This document shows positions 47,083-56,566 of a stretch of DNA of 64,000 nt, piece after piece. The DNA comes from a bacterium. GTDB taxonomy: Bacteria; UBA8248. The DNA is taken from positions 704,001-768,000 of the forward strand of contig OZ242260.1 of NCBI GenBank assembly GCA_965207065.1. Direction: 5' to 3'. Numbering within the stretch: position 1 is the stretch's first letter; each line of letters begins with the position of its first letter. Made by a program: the position numbers and the translations under genes. A model generated the notes under the pieces. That model was given only the letters and a program-made list of their open reading frames with translations, was not told the DNA's origin and searched no databases.

Positions 47083-48654
47083 ATGAGTGAAAACGCGAAA
47101 CTTCCTCCCTATTTCCGTCCCCCGCTCGAATATCCCGATTACGCGTTCCACGGCCTGCTCAAGACGGCGTGCGCGCGCCGCCCGGACGCAATCGCCCTGG
47201 TGGACGGGGATATCCACATGAGCTTCCGGGAACTCGACGTACTCTCGAACGCCTGCGCCCGCGCCATGCTCACCGAGGGTATCGGAATCGGGGACCGCGT
47301 CGGCCTGTTCCTGCCGAATTCAGCCGAATTCGAAATCGCCGCTTTCGGCGCATCGAAGATAGGCGCCGTCTTCACGCCGATGAACCCCGCCTACAAGAAA
47401 ACCGAGGCTGCTTATCAGCTAAGCGATTCGGGCGCTAAGATTCTGATCACAACGGCGGAGGGAGCCGCCGTGGTTCGAGAAGTGCAGAAAAACCTCCCGA
47501 CGCTTGAATCCGTCATCGTCACGGATGAGGATGGGGGAGACATTCGCTTCAATGAGTGGATAGGCGGGCACTCGCCTGAGAACCTGCCAGAGCCTGAAAT
47601 CGACTTTGCCCAGGATTTAATCGCCCTGCCCTATTCGAGCGGCACGACGGGTCTTCCCAAGGGCGTGATGCTCACCCACAGGAATCTGGTGTCGAACTAC
47701 CACCAGTGCGTGGCGAACCATCAAATCACGGACCGGGATTCGGGCCTCCTGTTCCTGCCGCTTTATCACATCTACGGCGCGCTGATCATGGGTTCGCTGA
47801 TTCTCGCAGGCGCCACCCATGTATTGATGAATCGCTTCACCGTGCCTGACGCCCTGCGTCTCGTGGAAGAACACAAGCTCACACTCTTCTTTGGCGTACC
47901 GCCTGCGCTCCTGGCGATCGCGCATCATGAAAATCTGGGCGACTACGACCTTTCCTCCCTGAGGTACATCATGAGCGGGGCGGCACCCCTGCCGCCCGAG
48001 GTGAGACGCATCGTGCAGGAAAGGACGGGCGTACTCACCTTCATGGGCTACGGACTGACCGAAGCCTCGCCTCTCACGCACCTGAACCCTCCGGTGGAGG
48101 CTCTCATCCGGGAAGAGTCCGTAGGGCCTCCCGTCTCCGATCAAGAACAGAAAATCGTCGACGTCGAGACGGGAACAAAAGAACTGCCCGTGGGCGAGGC
48201 GGGCGAGTTGATCATCAAGGGTCCCCACATCATGAAGGGCTACTGGAACGCGCCCGAGGCCACGGCCGAGGCGCTGCGTGACGGCTGGCTCCATACGGGC
48301 GACATCGGGCGGGTGGACGAGCAGGGCTACGTCTATCTGATGGACAGGAAAAAGGAGATGATCAAATACAAGGGCTTCTCCGTCGCGCCCGCCGAGCTGG
48401 AAGCCTGTCTGCACCTACACCCCGACGTTGCGGACGCGGCTGTCGTCCCCCGCGAGGACCCCGCAGCGGGTGAAATTCCGATGGCCTTCGTGGTTCCCAA
48501 AGAAGGCGTCCAGATCGACGAAGAGGCCTTGATGGAATTCGTGAACGAAAAAGTCGCGGGCTACAAGCAAATTCGCGCGGTGGCCTTTATCGACGCAATC
48601 CCGAAATCGGGCAGCGGGAAAATACTGCGCCGCTTACTGAAAGAACAAACATAA
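47083..48654 (+). CDS. acyl/aryl-CoA ligase (AMP-binding; 4-coumarate-CoA ligase/long-chain-like)
   Basis: YSSGTTGLPKG, GYGLTE, WLHTGD, DRKKEMIK and PKSGSGKI motifs; GGAGG RBS before ATG 47083. Confidence 0.92.
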   Translation: MSENAKLPPYFRPPLEYPDYAFHGLLKTACARRPDAIALVDGDIHMSFRELDVLSNACARAMLTEGIGIGDRVGLFLPNSAEFEIAAFGASKIGAVFTPMNPAYKKTEAAYQLSDSGAKILITTAEGAAVVREVQKNLPTLESVIVTDEDGGDIRFNEWIGGHSPENLPEPEIDFAQDLIALPYSSGTTGLPKGVMLTHRNLVSNYHQCVANHQITDRDSGLLFLPLYHIYGALIMGSLILAGATHVLMNRFTVPDALRLVEEHKLTLFFGVPPALLAIAHHENLGDYDLSSLRYIMSGAAPLPPEVRRIVQERTGVLTFMGYGLTEASPLTHLNPPVEALIREESVGPPVSDQEQKIVDVETGTKELPVGEAGELIIKGPHIMKGYWNAPEATAEALRDGWLHTGDIGRVDEQGYVYLMDRKKEMIKYKGFSVAPAELEACLHLHPDVADAAVVPREDPAAGEIPMAFVVPKEGVQIDEEALMEFVNEKVAGYKQIRAVAFIDAIPKSGSGKILRRLLKEQT

Positions 48655-48691
48655 AATTCGTTTTCATTTTCAAACTCTTTAACGAGAATTC

Positions 48692-49867
48692 ATGGACCTA
48701 CGCCTAAACCCGAAAATCGAGACCCTGATCGCCCAAGCCAGAGAACTCGCTCAAAACGTACTGGCCCTTTACGCTGACCAATGCGATCAGGAACAGCGCT
48801 TTCCGCGAGAGAGTTTCGACGCCTTGACTCGGGAGGGCTTCACGCGCCTCACGCTGCCCGAGTCCTACGGCGGACAAGCGCTCTGGAGCGACCCCGTCTG
48901 CTACGCCATGGTGTTTCACGAACTGAGCAAGGGCTGCACGAACACCGCCATGACGCTGCACATGCACAGCTCGATTCTATATTTTCTCCTCACACTCTCC
49001 GATGAAGAGCAAAAAAACCGCTTCGCAGAGGCGGCTGCGAACGGCGCCATCTTCGGCAGCCATGCAGGCGAGGCGGCCTCCAGCCCCCAGTGGAACCGCA
49101 CCATCACCACGCGCGCACGCAAGGAGGGCGATGTATACGTCATCAACGGCCAGAAGTATTTTTGCTCCATGGCCGGGGAGGCGGATTATTACGTGCTCTG
49201 GTGCCTGCTCGAAGGAGTGGAGGAACTCCAAGCCGGCCTGCGCTGGGCGGTTCTGGACAAAAACCTCTCCGGCATCACTATCCCGAGCCGCTGGGACGCC
49301 TTCGCCATGCGGGGCACGGCCAGCCACTCGCTCGCCTATGAGGACGTGCGGGTTCCGGCACGCAACATCGTCGGCACGGGTGAGGGTATCCTCCAGCCCG
49401 ATTTCGTGCCCCGGTTCGGCCTGGGATACTCCGCCGTCTATCTGGGCGCGGGCGCCGCCGCGCTGGACTGGATTGTGGACTACGCACTCAATCGCAAACT
49501 CCTGCCCGACAACGTGCCTATCGCGAGCTACCCGGCGATTCAGCGCCAGATCGGGGAGATGAAAATTGCTTACGAAACCGCGCTCATCATGATCCAGAAA
49601 GCCGCCTGGGTGCTGGAGACCCAGGGCGCAGCCAAGGCCATTCCCTTCATCAACGAGGCGAAATACACCGCTTCGGAAGCGGCGGCTTCCATGACGGAAA
49701 AGGCGCTCAAAATCGCGGGCGGACCCGGCCTGATGAACGACAAGCCGCTCCAGCGTTTCCACCGCGACGCCAGGGCCGCGCTGGTGATGCCTCCCAGTAC
49801 GGAGAAGTGTCTGCAAATGGCGTCGAACTTCGTTTTGAGTCAAAATGAGGCGGCATCCATCTTCTAA
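48692..49867 (+). CDS. acyl-CoA dehydrogenase-fold flavoprotein, copy B
   Basis: Shares LSKGCTNTAM, KYFCSMAGEADYYVLW and DNVPIASYPAIQRQIGEMKIA with copy A. Confidence 0.85.
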   Translation: MDLRLNPKIETLIAQARELAQNVLALYADQCDQEQRFPRESFDALTREGFTRLTLPESYGGQALWSDPVCYAMVFHELSKGCTNTAMTLHMHSSILYFLLTLSDEEQKNRFAEAAANGAIFGSHAGEAASSPQWNRTITTRARKEGDVYVINGQKYFCSMAGEADYYVLWCLLEGVEELQAGLRWAVLDKNLSGITIPSRWDAFAMRGTASHSLAYEDVRVPARNIVGTGEGILQPDFVPRFGLGYSAVYLGAGAAALDWIVDYALNRKLLPDNVPIASYPAIQRQIGEMKIAYETALIMIQKAAWVLETQGAAKAIPFINEAKYTASEAAASMTEKALKIAGGPGLMNDKPLQRFHRDARAALVMPPSTEKCLQMASNFVLSQNEAASIF

Positions 49868-49897
49868 GTCCAATAAAATTCTCGTGAGGGAGAGCGC

Positions 49898-51571
49898 ATG
49901 AAAAGCGGCAACGGCTCCGACCTGTTCCTGGAAACACTCATCGACGAGGGTGTCTATTGCATGTTCGGCAACCCGGGCACCACCGAACTGCCCCTCATGG
50001 ACGCGCTGGTGAACGAGAGCAGGCTCGATTACATCCTCTGCCTCCAGGAGTCCGTCACCATCGGCGCGGCGGAGGGCTACGCCTACGCCACCGGCGGCGT
50101 GGGCGTGGTGAACCTCCACGTGGCGCCCGGCCTCGGCAACGCCATGGGCATGCTCTACAACATCAAACGTGCCGGCACGCCACTCATCGTCACGGCGGGT
50201 AACCAGGGCCAGCGCGGCCAACTCTCCGAGCCCGTGCTCTGGGACGATTTGCCGCGCATGGCGGAGCCGCTCACCAAATGGTCCTACGAGGTGCGCCGGG
50301 TGGAGGATCTGGAGCAAAGCGTCCGCCGGGCGATAAAATACGCGCTCACGCCGCCCACGGGTCCGGTCTTCCTCTCATTGCCCGGTGACGTCATGCTCGC
50401 GGAGACGGGAGGCCTCACGGGCCGTCCCACGCGGCTTTCGAGCGCGTTTCCCGCGCCTGCGGAATCCATCGAACGCGCGGCGCAGATGCTCGCCGAAGCC
50501 GAGAACCCCTACATCGTCACCGGTTCGCGCGTCACCCGCTCGGGTGCGGTGGACGAAGTCGCCCGGCTGGCGGAGCGCATCGGGGCGAAGGTGTTTTCCG
50601 ACAACCGTCCCAATTCCCTCTCGGTCTCCCTCACCCATCCCCTGTACGCGGGAGAACTCCTGAACACCATCGAACCGCTGCTGGACCAGATAGAAGACGC
50701 GGACGTCGTGTTCTTCATCGGCACGGAGACCTACACCTTCTCCTTCCCGCCGGAAGGTCCGCTGGCCCCGCGCGGCGCGCGGATCATTCACCTGGACCTG
50801 GACCCCTGGGAGATCGGCAAGAACTTCCCCGTCGACGTCGCCATGCTGGGAGACCCGAAGACCACGCTCGTCGAACTCACCGGGGCGGTGGAGAAGAAAC
50901 TGGGTGAGGCGGGCATCCATAGCGCGGGAGAGCGCCGCGCGTGGCTCGAGAAGGAACTGGCGGCCTCCAGAAGAGAGATCGCCCCCAAGGCAGGCGACGA
51001 CAGCGGCACCCTGACGAAAGAAACATTCCAGGCCGCTTTCGGTGAAGCTCTGCCCCAAGGGACGGCGCTGGTGGATGAATCCCTCACCATGGGGCACGGG
51101 GGCGGCTTGAAAAGCGCGATAGCGGGGAAGGTAGATTCGCTGTTCGGCATGAAGGGAGGCGGCATCGGCCTGGGCCTGCCCAGCGCGCTGGGCGTCAAGA
51201 AAGCCCTGCCCGATACGCCCGTGGTCTGCCTCTCGGGAGACGGCTCCGCGATGTACGCCATTCAGGCGCTCTGGAGCGCCGCGAAATACGACCTGGACGC
51301 CGTGTTCGTGATTCTGAACAACAAGAGCTACCGCATCCTCAAAGAGCGAGTCCTGAGGCTCGACGGCAAGACGCAGGAGTACCGGCAATTCGTCGCCATG
51401 GATTTCAAGGAGCCCGAACTCGATTTCATCCAGATGGCGCATTCCATGGGCGTGGACGCCATCCGGGCGAAAACGCCGGCGGAACTCAAAGAGGCCATGG
51501 GAAAAGGACTGGCGAGCGGCAAGCCGTACCTGATCGACGCCCACATCGAATACGAACGCCTGGAGAATTAA
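49898..51571 (+). CDS. thiamine diphosphate-dependent enzyme (benzoylformate decarboxylase-like)
   Basis: FGNPGTTELP, NLHVAPGLGNAMG, PTGPVFLSLP and the GDGS...NN ThDP motif. Confidence 0.88.
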   Translation: MKSGNGSDLFLETLIDEGVYCMFGNPGTTELPLMDALVNESRLDYILCLQESVTIGAAEGYAYATGGVGVVNLHVAPGLGNAMGMLYNIKRAGTPLIVTAGNQGQRGQLSEPVLWDDLPRMAEPLTKWSYEVRRVEDLEQSVRRAIKYALTPPTGPVFLSLPGDVMLAETGGLTGRPTRLSSAFPAPAESIERAAQMLAEAENPYIVTGSRVTRSGAVDEVARLAERIGAKVFSDNRPNSLSVSLTHPLYAGELLNTIEPLLDQIEDADVVFFIGTETYTFSFPPEGPLAPRGARIIHLDLDPWEIGKNFPVDVAMLGDPKTTLVELTGAVEKKLGEAGIHSAGERRAWLEKELAASRREIAPKAGDDSGTLTKETFQAAFGEALPQGTALVDESLTMGHGGGLKSAIAGKVDSLFGMKGGGIGLGLPSALGVKKALPDTPVVCLSGDGSAMYAIQALWSAAKYDLDAVFVILNNKSYRILKERVLRLDGKTQEYRQFVAMDFKEPELDFIQMAHSMGVDAIRAKTPAELKEAMGKGLASGKPYLIDAHIEYERLEN

Positions 51572-51577
51572 GGGCGC

Positions 51578-52828
51578 TCAGGCAACGCCCATTTTCTCGC
51601 CATAGGCTTCGAGCGCCTGTTCGAAACAGGCGAGAGGCGCGCGCACCACGCCCGCGCCCACCTGGCCGACGCCGGGTTCCTTGTGGGCGATGCCAGTGTT
51701 GATGACGGGCGTGACGCCCAACTTCACCACCTTGGTGATGTCTATCCCTGTGGGAACCCCCTGAAAATCAAGAGCCGGAATCGTCCACTCGGGGTTTCGG
51801 CCCTGGGTGATCTCGTACATGGAGCGCGAAAAATTCAGCGCGTCCGCTGCGCTCCCCGCCCCCACGAACCCGACGACAGCGGGCGCCGCGGCCATGGCGA
51901 ATCCCCCCAGCCCCATCGTCTCGATGATCGTGGAATCGCCCATGTCCGGGTTGGCGTCGTCCTCACCGAAGCCTGGGAAATACAGCCCCTCTGGCATCTC
52001 CACCGGCGCGGTGAACCACGCATCCCCCGTCGCGCTCACCCGTACCCCGAAGTCCGTTCCGTTGCGGCACATCGCCGTGACGATGCTCGACGCCTCGATA
52101 CCGCGCACCGGGTCCATCACCGCCTTCCCGGTCGCCATCGCGACGTTCAGGAAGAACTGATCGTTTCCGCCGATGAAGGACAACACCTCTTCCAGCGCCT
52201 TGCTCTCCCTCACGACACGCGCCAGCGCAGGCGCCGCCTCGCGCATGAAGAGGCTCGTGCAGGCCACGTTGCGCTGGTGCATCTCGTCACCCATCGAAAG
52301 CCCCCGTGCGACGATGCTCTTGAGCGGCAGCCCTCCCGTGGCCTTAAGGGCGTCCGAGAGCGCGGGCCCGAGACGCTCCGCCAGCCAGCGAAGCCGGTTC
52401 AGCACCTCTTCGTCGTTTCCGCCGAAGCGCATCACCTTTCCCAGACCCTCGTTCAGGGTGCAATACGCCCGGTTCCCGAATTTCCTGTTCTCCACGATCA
52501 TCACCGGCATCGAGCGCGTGGTGATGCCCGTCATGGGGCCGACGGCGTCGAAATGATGATTCGGGTGGAAGGCGACGCCGCCCGAGGCGGCGAGCGCTTC
52601 GCCCGAGGCCAAATCGCCCGCCCAGCCCTCCAGGACGGCCGCCCCCGCAATCGCCCCGCGCAGTGGGCCGCACATCCGCTCCCACTCGATCGGGGGGCCG
52701 GCATGAAGGAGAACGCCATCCTCCAGACCCGGTATCACTTCGCCCGCCGGGCGCACGTCCACCAGGACGGGTTCCGCTTCAGTGATGCGGCTTAGCGCTT
52801 CTGCATTCGCGTCCGAGATCACGCCCAT
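51578..52828 (-). CDS. DUF1116 (YlbE/YahG-like) protein
   Basis: LLHAGPP, AVGPMTG, NEGLGKVMRFG, MGDEMHQRN, RNG, DMGDS and INTGIAH...GQVGAG motifs. Confidence 0.85.
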   Translation of the reverse strand: MGVISDANAEALSRITEAEPVLVDVRPAGEVIPGLEDGVLLHAGPPIEWERMCGPLRGAIAGAAVLEGWAGDLASGEALAASGGVAFHPNHHFDAVGPMTGITTRSMPVMIVENRKFGNRAYCTLNEGLGKVMRFGGNDEEVLNRLRWLAERLGPALSDALKATGGLPLKSIVARGLSMGDEMHQRNVACTSLFMREAAPALARVVRESKALEEVLSFIGGNDQFFLNVAMATGKAVMDPVRGIEASSIVTAMCRNGTDFGVRVSATGDAWFTAPVEMPEGLYFPGFGEDDANPDMGDSTIIETMGLGGFAMAAAPAVVGFVGAGSAADALNFSRSMYEITQGRNPEWTIPALDFQGVPTGIDITKVVKLGVTPVINTGIAHKEPGVGQVGAGVVRAPLACFEQALEAYGEKMGVA

Positions 52829-54088
52829 CTATTCCATCTCCCGCCAGGTTGTCTGCGCGACGTTCTCCACGATGATGCGCCCGCCTTTCACCACGAATCT
52901 CTTCTCGGGCTGATCGATGAGGATATCGTCTAAATTCACCGAATCGAGCACCACGAAATCGGCCGCGCAGCCGGGCCTCAGGCCATAGCCCTCCTCCACT
53001 CCCAAGGCCTTCGCGCCGTTGGTCGTGAAAAGCCGGGGAATCACGCTCCTGTCCGCTGCGCCGCTCATGTGGAGTGTGTGGGCGAGGAGAAGACCGATTT
53101 CCAGCAAATCGCCGCGTCCAGAGGGCGTAAAGGCGTTGCGGATGTTGTTCGATGAAACGGCCACGTTGACGCCCCCACTCAGCAGGTCCTTCACGGGCGC
53201 GAGGCTTCTGAAGCGAGGCGGCTCCTCTCCCCTGCCGCCCAGGAACAAATCCGTCGCCGGCAAGGGCAGGACGGAGATGCCCGCCTCGAGAATCTGCTCG
53301 ATGACCGGCGCGGCCTCATCCGGCGACATCGCGCCCAGGGAGGTGAGATGACCGACGGCCACCCTGCCCTGCAAGCCTGCGGCCATCGTGCGGGCGGCCA
53401 CGGATTCGACCTTCTTCACCCGGGGGTCGTCCGCGAAATCGAGATGAAAATCCAGGCCGCAGCCGAACGTCTCGGCCATCGCGAAGACAATATCCAGGTG
53501 CCGCTCGGGGTCCAGGTCGTTATACGGGATACCGCCCACGAGGTCCCCGCCCATCCGCATGGCCTCGCGCATCAAATCCTCCGTTCCCGGCTGCTGCTCG
53601 ATGCCTTCCTGCGGAAAAACGACGAGTTGAAAATCCGCCACGCCTGCGTACTTCTCCTTGAGCGCCAGAGCGACTTCCACTCCCTTCAGCCCGACGATGG
53701 GGTCGACCTCCACCTGCGTGCGAAACCAGGTGGCGCCGTTCCGGATGCACATGCGCAGCGCACGCTCGGCGCGCTCCATGATGTCTTGTTTCGTGACGCC
53801 TTTCTTGAGCGCCAGGGTGATGGAGATGGCGTCCTCGAGCGTGCCGGAAAGATTGGGCTCCCGCTCTTCCAGAAACGCCTTGTCCAGATGAATGTGGCTC
53901 TCCACGAACGCGGGCAGCACGACGCGGGCCTCCAAATCGATTTCCTCGCATCCCGCCTCGCTTTCGAGCCCCGGTGAAATTCTCGAAAACCGGCCCCCGG
54001 CGACACGCAAGTCCACCAAAGGGCCGCTTGAGTCGATCCTAGCGTACCTGAAAATTCTTTCGTCCGTCATCTCGGCGCTCATGACCAT
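52829..54088 (-). CDS. cytosine deaminase-like metal-dependent amidohydrolase
   Basis: ESHIHLDKA, VFPQEG, VGGIP, DFHLD, GHLTS and ADFVV motifs. Confidence 0.87.
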   Translation of the reverse strand: MVMSAEMTDERIFRYARIDSSGPLVDLRVAGGRFSRISPGLESEAGCEEIDLEARVVLPAFVESHIHLDKAFLEEREPNLSGTLEDAISITLALKKGVTKQDIMERAERALRMCIRNGATWFRTQVEVDPIVGLKGVEVALALKEKYAGVADFQLVVFPQEGIEQQPGTEDLMREAMRMGGDLVGGIPYNDLDPERHLDIVFAMAETFGCGLDFHLDFADDPRVKKVESVAARTMAAGLQGRVAVGHLTSLGAMSPDEAAPVIEQILEAGISVLPLPATDLFLGGRGEEPPRFRSLAPVKDLLSGGVNVAVSSNNIRNAFTPSGRGDLLEIGLLLAHTLHMSGAADRSVIPRLFTTNGAKALGVEEGYGLRPGCAADFVVLDSVNLDDILIDQPEKRFVVKGGRIIVENVAQTTWREME

Positions 54089-54242
54089 TTAACCTGAATG
54101 AAACATCACCCTAACAGATACGAAACGCGCATCGCCCACAGTCGCAAAAATGGAAAAGCTTGACACTGCGAACTCTATCTTTCCGCGTGGATTTTCGCCA
54201 GCGAAAAAGGCGGAAACGGGAAAAACCCCGTTTCACGTCAAC

Positions 54243-54272
54243 TTGACCCACACCTGGAATCGTGAACATAAT
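54243..54272 (+). promoter_or_regulatory. possible sigma70 promoter TTGACC-N18-CATAAT for the ABC transporter operon
   Basis: Near-consensus boxes in the divergent intergenic region. Confidence 0.4.
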
Positions 54273-54386
54273 GAAAGCCTCAGGACCATATATCATCTGG
54301 GTTTCCGTGCGGGTTGAAGACCCGGTAACGCGCAGTGGGAGATTTGCTTTTAAGGTGCGCCGTCAGCGGATAAAAGCGAGATATGA

Positions 54387-55484
54387 ATGACCACCCTCAG
54401 CTTCGCGAACATTCTCGTTCTTAGTTATAATTCCCTCTCCTACGCCGCAATTTTGTTCCTACTGGCGAGCGGGCTCTCGCTCATCTTCGGCGTGATGCGC
54501 ATCGTGAACCTCGCGCACGCCGCTTTTTTCCTCTTCGCCGGCTATCTCGCCCTGGAATTCTATAACATCATTTTCGGCTCCCTGAGCCTGATGCCGAGAA
54601 TCATCCAGCTCGTTTCGTGGGCCCTGCTCTATTTCGCATGGCGGGGACTCACGCTATACATCGCTCCCAAACACGCAGCGCTGGCGCTGCTCCTCGCATA
54701 CATCGTAATGGAAGTTTTGTGCAGCCTGATATGGAGCTTCAGATTCTTCGAACTCTTCTTCCCGCACGTGCCCGTCAAACCGGTCGACAGGATCAATTTT
54801 CCGGGGATGATGGCCGCCATCGTCGTCGCGCTCACCATCGCGGCGCTGTGCGGGATGTTCATCGAGCGTTTTTTCCTGCGCCTTCTCGGACAGGACACGC
54901 TCGCGCAGGTGCTGGTGACCATCGGCTTCGCATTCATCTTACAAGACGGCTCGCTCTACACCTGGGGCGGTGACAACTTCATGCTCAAACAACCCTGGCC
55001 GCTCAACTTCAGCGCCGTCGTCGGGGGCCTGTCGCTGCCCCAGTACCGCGGTTTCATGATCGTCATCGCCGTCCTGGTGGCCGCCGCCCTGTTCCTGGGG
55101 ATAGAGCGCACCCGCCTCGGCGCCATCATGCGCGCGGCGGTGGACGACCCCGAGATGGCGCGCGGCATCGGCATCAACACCAACGTCGTGCAAATGTCAA
55201 TATTCGCCATCGGGGCGCTGCTCGCCGCCACGGGCGGCGTGGTGGGCGGCGCGTTCTTCGGCGTCTACCCGGGTCTCGACTTCGAGATACTTCCCTACGC
55301 GTTCGCCGTGGTGATCATCGGGGGACTCGGCAGCCTGGGCGGCGCCGTCCTCGGCAGCATTGTCGTCGGCTTCATCGAGAATTTCGGGACCGCGCTGTTT
55401 CCCGAACTCTCCTATTTCGCACTCTTCGCGCCCATGGCCATCATTCTGGCGATCAAGCCGACCGGGCTGTTCGGAAAGGGTTAA
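54387..55484 (+). CDS. branched-chain amino acid-type ABC permease (LivH-like)
   Basis: GLSLIFGVMRIVNLAH, RTRLG..MRA and VIIGGLGS motifs. Confidence 0.9.
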   Translation: MTTLSFANILVLSYNSLSYAAILFLLASGLSLIFGVMRIVNLAHAAFFLFAGYLALEFYNIIFGSLSLMPRIIQLVSWALLYFAWRGLTLYIAPKHAALALLLAYIVMEVLCSLIWSFRFFELFFPHVPVKPVDRINFPGMMAAIVVALTIAALCGMFIERFFLRLLGQDTLAQVLVTIGFAFILQDGSLYTWGGDNFMLKQPWPLNFSAVVGGLSLPQYRGFMIVIAVLVAAALFLGIERTRLGAIMRAAVDDPEMARGIGINTNVVQMSIFAIGALLAATGGVVGGAFFGVYPGLDFEILPYAFAVVIIGGLGSLGGAVLGSIVVGFIENFGTALFPELSYFALFAPMAIILAIKPTGLFGKG

Positions 55485-55487
55485 GTC

Positions 55488-56513
55488 TTGTTGGAGAACC
55501 TGGCGGAAAAAAGAAGAGTGCTCATCGTGCTGGGCGTCTTCGTCGCTCTCGGAGTCATAACGCCGTTTCTCGACCTTTTCATGCAGAGCCTGGTGACGGA
55601 GATCCTCGTGTTCGGCATCCTGGCCATGAGCCTGGACCTGCTGCTGGGGTTCACCGGGCTGGCCTCTCTGGGACACGCCGCCTATTTCGGCGTCGCCTCC
55701 TACACCACGGCCATCATCATGACGAAAGAAGACTGGACGTGGACCTTCGCCGCCTTCCAGTGGGCGGACTCGCTGGGACTGGGCCTTTTCTACATCTTCA
55801 TATTCGCGTTGGTCGTCGCCACGGCCTTCGCCGCGTTCTTCGGTTTTCTGGCCATCCGCGCGGTGGGCGTGTATTTCCTGATGATCACCCTCTCGCTCGC
55901 CATGGTCATCTGGGGTCTGGCGTACCGCTGGAGCGCCGTGACGGAAGGGGACAACGGCATCAACGTGCTGGGGAGACCATCCCTGTTCGGCATATCGCTG
56001 GAATCGGAAATGCCGTTCTTCTACTTCACGCTCGCGGTGTTCCTGATCTGCCTGGGCCTGATGTACATGTTCGTGAGAAGTCCATTCGGAAAAACGCTGG
56101 TCGGCATCAGGGAGCGCGAGGAGCGCATGCAAATGCTCGGCTACAACATCTGGCTCCACAAATATCTCGCGTTCATAATCGCGGGCGTATTCAGCGGCGT
56201 GGCGGGCGTGATGTGGACGCTGTTCAACCTCTTCGTGAGTCCGCCGGACATCGAACTCATCACCTCGGCCGAGGCGCTCTTCATGGTGGCGCTGGGCGGA
56301 CCCGCCACGTTGATCGGCCCGGTGATCGGCTCGGCCATCATCCGCTCGCTGCAGCAGTTCATCAGCATCTACGTGGAACGCTGGCCGCTGATTCTGGGCG
56401 CCATCTACATCATCACCATCATGTTGGGACGCCTCTACGGCGTCGAGGGAATACTCGGATTGTTCGGCAAGTTCCGCAAACCCGCCGCCCCGTCGGAAAC
56501 CCCGGAGGGTTGA
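55488..56513 (+). CDS. branched-chain amino acid-type ABC permease (LivM-like)
   Basis: LLLGFTGLASLGHAAYFG, YFLMITL, SPFG...IRE and LGG...GP motifs. Confidence 0.9.
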   Translation: MLENLAEKRRVLIVLGVFVALGVITPFLDLFMQSLVTEILVFGILAMSLDLLLGFTGLASLGHAAYFGVASYTTAIIMTKEDWTWTFAAFQWADSLGLGLFYIFIFALVVATAFAAFFGFLAIRAVGVYFLMITLSLAMVIWGLAYRWSAVTEGDNGINVLGRPSLFGISLESEMPFFYFTLAVFLICLGLMYMFVRSPFGKTLVGIREREERMQMLGYNIWLHKYLAFIIAGVFSGVAGVMWTLFNLFVSPPDIELITSAEALFMVALGGPATLIGPVIGSAIIRSLQQFISIYVERWPLILGAIYIITIMLGRLYGVEGILGLFGKFRKPAAPSETPEG

Positions 56514-56566
56514 GGACGGCGCGGCACCGCGTCTCTGATTCGAGACGAAATGAGGGAGGAAAACAG

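Noticed and set aside
55739-56566. Apparent N-terminal extension of the binding protein (693-aa ORF)
   Set aside because: It overlaps the LivM-like gene; the signal peptide and RBS begin at 56567.
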